Shown here: positions 59,014 through 64,000 of the stretch, piece after piece
Position numbering within the stretch: position 1 is the first letter of the stretch
Layout of the letters: the number at the start of each line of letters is the position of its first letter
From: an uncultured candidatus Porisulfidus sp.
Lineage (GTDB): Bacteria > Pseudomonadota > Gammaproteobacteria > Poriferisulfidales > Poriferisulfidaceae
Assembly: GCA_965221375.1 (NCBI GenBank)
Contig: OZ244883.1
Coordinates: 384,071 to 448,070, forward strand
Length of the DNA: 64,000 nucleotides
Direction: 5' to 3'
Program-made: the position numbers and the translations under genes
Notes under the pieces: model-generated
What the model was told of the DNA's origin: nothing
What the model saw: only the letters and a program-made list of their open reading frames with translations
Databases searched by the model: none

Positions 59014-59316
59014 ATGCGAAGGGGCGTAAAATTTCTATGCCCGCTTGAGGTCACAATGGGATCGCAGATGTACTTTCGGAATCCATACACATCATGGCGA
59101 AGGATACTGGTGTTACTGGGCTTGGCCTGGTGTGCCAGCATGGGCTTGTTTTTAACGGGGAAGATATCCTATCCCTGGGGCTGGCTTGTTTTGCTGGTCC
59201 TGATGGGTTGGAGCTGGTATCAGATGCGCTCCGGCCGTCGATATCTGCTTACGGATCAGGATGACGACGAGCCGCTTAGGGATCAGGATGACGACGAGCC
59301 GCCCACTCCCGAATAG
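59014..59316 (+). CDS. Small 2-TM membrane protein with tandemly duplicated acidic C-terminal tail
   Basis: Two hydrophobic helices. C-terminal DQDDDEPLR-DQDDDEPPT encoded by a perfect 22-nt tandem duplication. Probable start at MGSQMYF (59056). Confidence 0.4.
   Translation: MRRGVKFLCPLEVTMGSQMYFRNPYTSWRRILVLLGLAWCASMGLFLTGKISYPWGWLVLLVLMGWSWYQMRSGRRYLLTDQDDDEPLRDQDDDEPPTPE
59254..59307 (+). repeat. Tandem direct repeat, 2 x 27 nt (gatcaggatgacgacgagccgc identical in both units)
   Basis: Read directly: 59254..59275 = 59281..59302. Confidence 0.85.
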
Positions 59317-59959
59317 AGTGCTCGAGGCGCTGACCGCGCTTTTCGAAATGAGTTTCCGTTCGTTGCGGACAATCCGCCTCAATCTGCCACTGCGGTAACT
59401 GTTCCAGAGTTTGTTGGATCTGATCGGCGTATTCTTCCCAGTCGGTCGCCACATGCAGAACACCTTGCGGTGCGACGCAACGCGCACATTCGCGCAAAAA
59501 GTCATCCTGGAGCAGGCGGCGTTTGCGGTGTCGTTTTTTCGGCCACGGGTCCGGAAACAAAATGCGGATCTGCTGCAGGCTTGCTGTTTCAAATCGCGGC
59601 AACAGCAGACTTGCGTCTCCCTGAGCCACGCGAATGTTGCGAAGTTCCAGCCGCTGTGCTTCGCGCATCACACACATCAGAGAAGGGGGATGCACTTCAA
59701 TTCCCAGCACATTGTGCTGCGGATGCTCCGAGGCTTCCTGCAGTAGCACTTCGCCGCGACCAAAACCAATCTCCAGCGTCACCGGTCCCGACTGGTCAAA
59801 CAGGGTCTGCGGGTCGCAAGGCGAGGGTGAGATTTCACAGCCGAAGTGTTGCCACAATCGGTCGTATTTTTGTTGCTGGCGAGGAGTGCGTCCGCGCGCG
59901 CGACGGGCAAAAGAGCGAATTGTCCGCCGCGGGGGAGAGGAATCAGGTATCGAGGTCAT
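59276..59959 (-). CDS. trmB: tRNA (guanine46-N7)-methyltransferase
   Basis: 227 aa. SAM motif VTLEIGFGRGE. LFPDPWPKKRHRKRR. Confidence 0.9.
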   Translation of the reverse strand: MTSIPDSSPPRRTIRSFARRARGRTPRQQQKYDRLWQHFGCEISPSPCDPQTLFDQSGPVTLEIGFGRGEVLLQEASEHPQHNVLGIEVHPPSLMCVMREAQRLELRNIRVAQGDASLLLPRFETASLQQIRILFPDPWPKKRHRKRRLLQDDFLRECARCVAPQGVLHVATDWEEYADQIQQTLEQLPQWQIEADCPQRTETHFEKRGQRLEHSIREWAARRHPDP

Positions 59960-59991
59960 TGCCGATGGCGCAAGACCGCCTCGGGAGAGCG

Positions 59992-61455
59992 TCAGGAGTG
60001 GTCTAGGCGGGCCTGCAGTTGCTTCGCTTTTTCCTGCTCATCCGCCGTGCCGGTCTCCAGAATGCGGTCAATGAGCGGTTTCGCCATGTCCGGATTGCCA
60101 ATCTCGATGTATGCGGCGGCCAGGTCGAGCGTAGATTCCGCTTCCGTATTGGGATCTTCGCCGGTATCGGCAAGGTCTTCCGTATCCGATGCCTCCAAAT
60201 CCAGGCTTCGGATAATCTGCCTTTGATGATAACGCCGCAGCCCCAGAATCAGCAGGTACAAAAGGATGAGGACGGCGATTCCTATCAGGACAGGGCGCCA
60301 GGCAAACTCGAAGTCTTCCGTTTGGGGAGACTCGGATTGGGCCAAGTCCTGCAGGGGAGAGTCGGCAAGGGCGATGCGGTCTTCATCCGCAGCCGCCGTG
60401 TCACTTCCAATAATGACGTCGTTCTGTGCCGACGGGGCGGGCGCTTCGGGTGCGGGCTCAGGAGTTGCTTCCGCCTCCATGGAGTCTGCCTCGACCGAGG
60501 AGAGGTTTGTCGGAGTGGTCTCCTGAGGTTGAGCGTCTTCGGCCTCGTCGGGGGTGGGTGTCGCGAGCATGTCCTGCTCTGCCGGCGGGGGCGTTGAGGC
60601 CTCCACTTCAGGTTCTTCCGGCGTAGCTGATTCTTCGATTTGCAGATCTGTCTCAGAGAGTATCAGCGCCGGCTTTTCGGCGGCCGGTTCCGAGGCAGGC
60701 GGAGCTGGCTCAGGTTCAGGCTGCGGGGAAGGCTCTTCCAGGGGTTCAAGACGCAATGGCGCGGAGGCGGTGGATTGCTTGCGGGCTCGCTGCGCTCGCC
60801 ACTGCTGCATCTGCCGGGCGACTTCCGCAGCCGCCTCGCCGGGTGCTAGGTTGAGTTCGGTAATCTCGCCCTGCGTCGGGATGGTCAACAAGGCATCGCC
60901 GCGCAGCAAATTAATGTTCTGATTAATAAACGCTTCGGGGTTGTGCAGCTGCAACGCGATCATCATCGTGTTGGCAGACACCTGGAGGGGATCCCCATAG
61001 GTTTGCGCGATGACGTACAGCGTATCGCCCCGCTGGACCTGGTGAATCTGAGGTTGCACCACCCGGACGATGCGTTCACAGGGAGGGATGGGCAGCACAT
61101 GAAACTGCAGCGGTTGTCCGGCGATGTGTGCGGTCAGAACCAATTCGCTGGATTCATTCGGCAAGGCGTCCGCACTGCGTACGCGGATTCGGTACTCTCC
61201 CGCCTGCATGAATCGGTCCAAATGCGCACTCGGAATCCATACCGGGTAGGTTTTGTCGAGTTTCAGATAAGCGCCGGGCTCGGCAATTCTTATTACCGCG
61301 GCAGTGGGGTCGACATTTTCGGCCTGGATGCGCGCCGTCACATGCACAGCGCAATCGTCGTCGAAATGGATCTCCGGTTGGTCAATGCGCAAGGCGTGGG
61401 CCGTGGAACCGACCCCTGCCAGCAGCAAGATAAAAACGCGCAGTCTAGGGTGCAT
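59992..61455 (-). CDS. fimV: FimV/HubP-like protein (signal peptide, LysM, acidic Pro-rich linker, TM, C-terminal FimV TPR-like motif)
   Basis: Start re-set to [21 protein letters not shown]. LysM QVQRGDTLYVIAQTYG. C-terminal LDLAAAYIEIGNPDMAKPLI. Lies after asd as in Pseudomonas. Confidence 0.7.
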   Translation of the reverse strand: MHPRLRVFILLLAGVGSTAHALRIDQPEIHFDDDCAVHVTARIQAENVDPTAAVIRIAEPGAYLKLDKTYPVWIPSAHLDRFMQAGEYRIRVRSADALPNESSELVLTAHIAGQPLQFHVLPIPPCERIVRVVQPQIHQVQRGDTLYVIAQTYGDPLQVSANTMMIALQLHNPEAFINQNINLLRGDALLTIPTQGEITELNLAPGEAAAEVARQMQQWRAQRARKQSTASAPLRLEPLEEPSPQPEPEPAPPASEPAAEKPALILSETDLQIEESATPEEPEVEASTPPPAEQDMLATPTPDEAEDAQPQETTPTNLSSVEADSMEAEATPEPAPEAPAPSAQNDVIIGSDTAAADEDRIALADSPLQDLAQSESPQTEDFEFAWRPVLIGIAVLILLYLLILGLRRYHQRQIIRSLDLEASDTEDLADTGEDPNTEAESTLDLAAAYIEIGNPDMAKPLIDRILETGTADEQEKAKQLQARLDHS

Positions 61456-62467
61456 ATTGCTGGAGCCAATGTTCAGCGATTTGGATGCTGTTGCTGGCGG
61501 CGCCTTTATACAAATTGTCGCTGACGATCCACAGGTTGAGCCCCTTGGGGTGAGACACATCCTTACGGATTCGCCCGACGAATACGTGGGAGTTTCCGGC
61601 CGCATCCCGTGCCGCCGTCGGATAGCCGCCGTCGCTGGCTGAGTCGATTACCGTCACCCCCGGGGCCTGCTCCAGCAAGGCCCGCGCCTGAGCGGCGTCA
61701 AGGGGCTCACGGGTTTCTATATGTACCGCTTCCGAATGTCCGTAATACACGGGGATACGCACTGCAGTGGGGTTCACGCCAATCTGTTCGTCCTCAAGAA
61801 TTTTTTGCGTCTCCCAAATCATTTTCATTTCTTCGCGAGTGTAGCCGTTGTCCTGAAAGGCATCAATGTGCGGCAGCGCGTTGAAGGCAATTTGCACCGG
61901 AAAAACCTGGCTGTGCAAATCGTGCCCGGCGAGTGCGTCGCCGGTCTGCTGGCGTAATTCTTCCACCGCCGACTGCCCGGCTCCCGAGACCGCCTGGTAG
62001 GTGGCGACATTGATGCGGGTGATGCCGACGGCTGCATGAATCGGCTTCAGGGCGACGACCATTTGAATGGTCGAGCAGTTCGGGTTGGCAATGATGCCGC
62101 GGTTCTTCCAATCGGCAATGCGGTGCGGGTTGCATTCCGGCACGACCAAAGGAATCTCCGGTTCGTAGCGAAAGCAAGAAGTATTGTCGATAACGACGCA
62201 GCCATGGGCGGCAGCTTCGGGCGCGTAGCGACGCGACGGCTCACTGCCTGCAGAAAACAGGGCGATGTGGACTTGGCTGAAATCAAACTCTTCCAGCGCC
62301 TGGACTTCCAATTCGTTGCCGCAAAAAGGCAAGCGCTTGCCCTTGGATCGGGGACTGGCGAGCAGATGCAGGTTCTCGACCGGAAAGCGGCGCTCTTCGA
62401 GTTCGCGGCGCATAACCTCGCCGACCGCCCCGGTGGCTCCGACAATGGCGACGTTGACTTTTTTCAC
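61445..62467 (-). CDS. asd: Aspartate-semialdehyde dehydrogenase
   Basis: 340 aa. [11 protein letters not shown]. Active-site Cys context NPNCST. Confidence 0.95.
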   Translation of the reverse strand: MKKVNVAIVGATGAVGEVMRRELEERRFPVENLHLLASPRSKGKRLPFCGNELEVQALEEFDFSQVHIALFSAGSEPSRRYAPEAAAHGCVVIDNTSCFRYEPEIPLVVPECNPHRIADWKNRGIIANPNCSTIQMVVALKPIHAAVGITRINVATYQAVSGAGQSAVEELRQQTGDALAGHDLHSQVFPVQIAFNALPHIDAFQDNGYTREEMKMIWETQKILEDEQIGVNPTAVRIPVYYGHSEAVHIETREPLDAAQARALLEQAPGVTVIDSASDGGYPTAARDAAGNSHVFVGRIRKDVSHPKGLNLWIVSDNLYKGAASNSIQIAEHWLQQYAP

Positions 62468-63537
62468 GAGCCGCTGCGCGCCGCAAGTGTCGCGCAGACG
62501 GCATCCCCGATTTGTGCGGTGCTGTGATCGCCACCCAAATCGACGGTGCGATAGCCCTGCTCCAAAACCTCTCGTACCGCGTCCTCCACGGCATCTGCAG
62601 CGTCTGTGTGTTTGAGGGAATAGCGCAACATCATGCCGACTGACAAAATCATCGCAAGAGGATTGGCGCTGCCACTGCCGGCCAACTCCGGCGCCGAACC
62701 GTGTACCGGTTCATACAGTCCTTGCCCTTCAGCGTTGAGAGAGGCCGAGGGCAGCAGGCCGATGGAACCGGTTAATTGCGCAGAGACATCCGACAGGATG
62801 TCGCCAAACAGGTTGCCGGTGACGATGACGTCAAACTGGGAAGGGTTGGCGACCAGCTGCATGGCTGCGTTATCGACATACATGTGCGACAAGGTAATTT
62901 CCGGGTACTGTTGCGCCACTTCGCACACGACGGTGCGCCACAGTTCCGAGACTTCCAAAACATTGGCTTTGTCGACAGAGCAGACACGGCGCTGGCGCAC
63001 TTGGGCTGCCTGAAAGGCGCTGTGGGCGATACGGGCAATTTCCTCTTCGTCATACACCATGGTATTGAAGGCGCGGCGTTTTCCGTTCACTTCTTCCATG
63101 GCGCGCGGCTTGCCGAAATATATGCCACCGGTTAATTCCCGCACAATCAGAAGATCCAGGCCTTCCAGCACTTCCGGTTTCAAGCTGGACGCTTGTGCCA
63201 CACCGGGCATCAATGTCGCAGGTCGAAGGTTGGCATAGAGGCCCATTCCGTGACGCAAGGCCAGCAAACCCGTCTCAGGGCGCAGGGCGCGTTCGGGAGT
63301 ATCGTATTGGGGAGCTCCGACGGCACCGAAAAGCACGGCCTCCGACGCGCGGGCGGCCTCCAGGGTTGCATCCGGCAGAGGAGTGCCGTGTGCATCCACT
63401 GCAGCCCCTCCGACCAAAGCTTCCGAAATTTCGAAAGACAATCCATGATGTTGCGCGAGGCAGTCCAATACCTTGCGCGCCTCCGCCATGATCTCCGGAC
63501 CGATGCCGTCACCGGGCAATAAAAGGATGCGGGTCAC
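62464..63537 (-). CDS. leuB: 3-isopropylmalate dehydrogenase
   Basis: 357 aa. [22 protein letters not shown]. Confidence 0.95.
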   Translation of the reverse strand: MTRILLLPGDGIGPEIMAEARKVLDCLAQHHGLSFEISEALVGGAAVDAHGTPLPDATLEAARASEAVLFGAVGAPQYDTPERALRPETGLLALRHGMGLYANLRPATLMPGVAQASSLKPEVLEGLDLLIVRELTGGIYFGKPRAMEEVNGKRRAFNTMVYDEEEIARIAHSAFQAAQVRQRRVCSVDKANVLEVSELWRTVVCEVAQQYPEITLSHMYVDNAAMQLVANPSQFDVIVTGNLFGDILSDVSAQLTGSIGLLPSASLNAEGQGLYEPVHGSAPELAGSGSANPLAMILSVGMMLRYSLKHTDAADAVEDAVREVLEQGYRTVDLGGDHSTAQIGDAVCATLAARSGS

Positions 63538-64000
63538 GAGGAAGCCCCGAAGCGATCAAAAAGCCAAGGCTCCTGTTGGCGCCGAAGCGCCTCGAATGCA
63601 CGAATTTCGTCAGCGTGCTGCAGCGTCATCGAGATATCGTCCAAACCTTCGAGCAGGCAATGTTTGCGTTGCGGGTCGATCTCGAAAGAAAAAGTCTCGC
63701 CGGCATCGCTGGTGACGGTTTGCGCAGACAGGTCAACCGTCAGTTGGCAGCCTTCGGTTTGTTCGATTTCTTGTCGAAGCGACTGAACCGCTTTTTCATC
63801 GAGTGTGACGGTGAGCAGACCGTTTTTGGCGGCGTTGGTGTCGAAAATATCTGCAAAACTGGACGCGATCACCACCCGAAAACCGGCATCCAGGAATGCC
63901 CATACCGCGTGCTCGCGTGAAGAGCCGCAACCGAAATTGGCGCCGGCGACCAGGATGGAGGCATCGCGATAACGGGGCTGATTGAGAACAAAATCCGGAT
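63534..64000 (-). CDS. leuD: 3-isopropylmalate dehydratase small subunit (5' end outside window)
   Basis: Frame open to the window edge. ...[40 protein letters not shown] matches LeuD. Confidence 0.9.
   Translation of the reverse strand, partial: PDFVLNQPRYRDASILVAGANFGCGSSREHAVWAFLDAGFRVVIASSFADIFDTNAAKNGLLTVTLDEKAVQSLRQEIEQTEGCQLTVDLSAQTVTSDAGETFSFEIDPQRKHCLLEGLDDISMTLQHADEIRAFEALRRQQEPWLFDRFGASS

Overview
The window reads as core chromosome from a high-GC (about 60-65%) proteobacterium, most likely a gammaproteobacterium, with nearly all coding capacity assignable from the translations. No transposase, integrase or CRISPR array was found.

Main blocks, in order:
- accA (5' partial)-tilS, then pyrG-kdsA.
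- A roughly 9.7 kb co-directional minus-strand supercluster yrbG-kdsD-kdsC-lptC/A-lptB-hpf-ptsN-rapZ-EIIA(Man)-HPr-ptsI-mgtE. rpoN is absent from its canonical slot between lptB and hpf, and LptC and LptA are a single ORF.
- A small AT-rich islet carrying a DUF1640-like gene between an RND/MMPL exporter and a 922-aa TonB-dependent receptor.
- orn, then divergent nadB / rpoE-rseA-rseB-degP(mucD)-lepA, then a periplasmic MBL-fold hydrolase and folP.
- A long minus-strand array: SBP56 (methanethiol-oxidase-like, mtoX)-SCO1/SenC-dihaem CCP/MauG-TlpA thioredoxin, followed after 9 bp by fdsGB-fdsA (NAD-linked formate dehydrogenase with a fused gamma-beta subunit).
- Divergent from mtoX: a cysteine-less HesB/IscA-fold protein, a minimal NarX-type kinase, a NarL-type regulator, and two OprO/P-family porins. 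The first porin is distinctly low-GC.
- ispZ, yciO, an M50 site-2 protease, trpS (large insertion plus a C-x21-C-x6-C-x2-C motif), scpA-scpB-rluB.
- A minus-strand run hisB-H-A-F-E-tatA-B-C-gmk, then dtd.
- tRNA-Arg(CCG), an NAD(P)-binding NDUFA9-like gene, a PKHD-type hydroxylase, ppk2, two small hypothetical genes, trmB, fimV, asd, leuB and leuD (5' partial).

The most interesting candidates:
- the mtoX-copper-haem-thioredoxin-FDH array as a possible methanethiol-to-CO2 oxidation operon;
- the adjacent Cys-less HesB / two-component / porin module;
- the rpoN-less LPS-transport/N-PTS cluster with a fused LptC-LptA;
- an Fe-S-motif TrpRS;
- a 23-aa hydrophobic peptide gene with its own promoter, SD and terminator;
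- a duplicated 3' module plus an orphan terminator around the DUF1640 gene.

The ORF track reports GTG/TTG starts as M; several starts were re-set from signal peptides, SD sequences or neighbouring-gene overlap.
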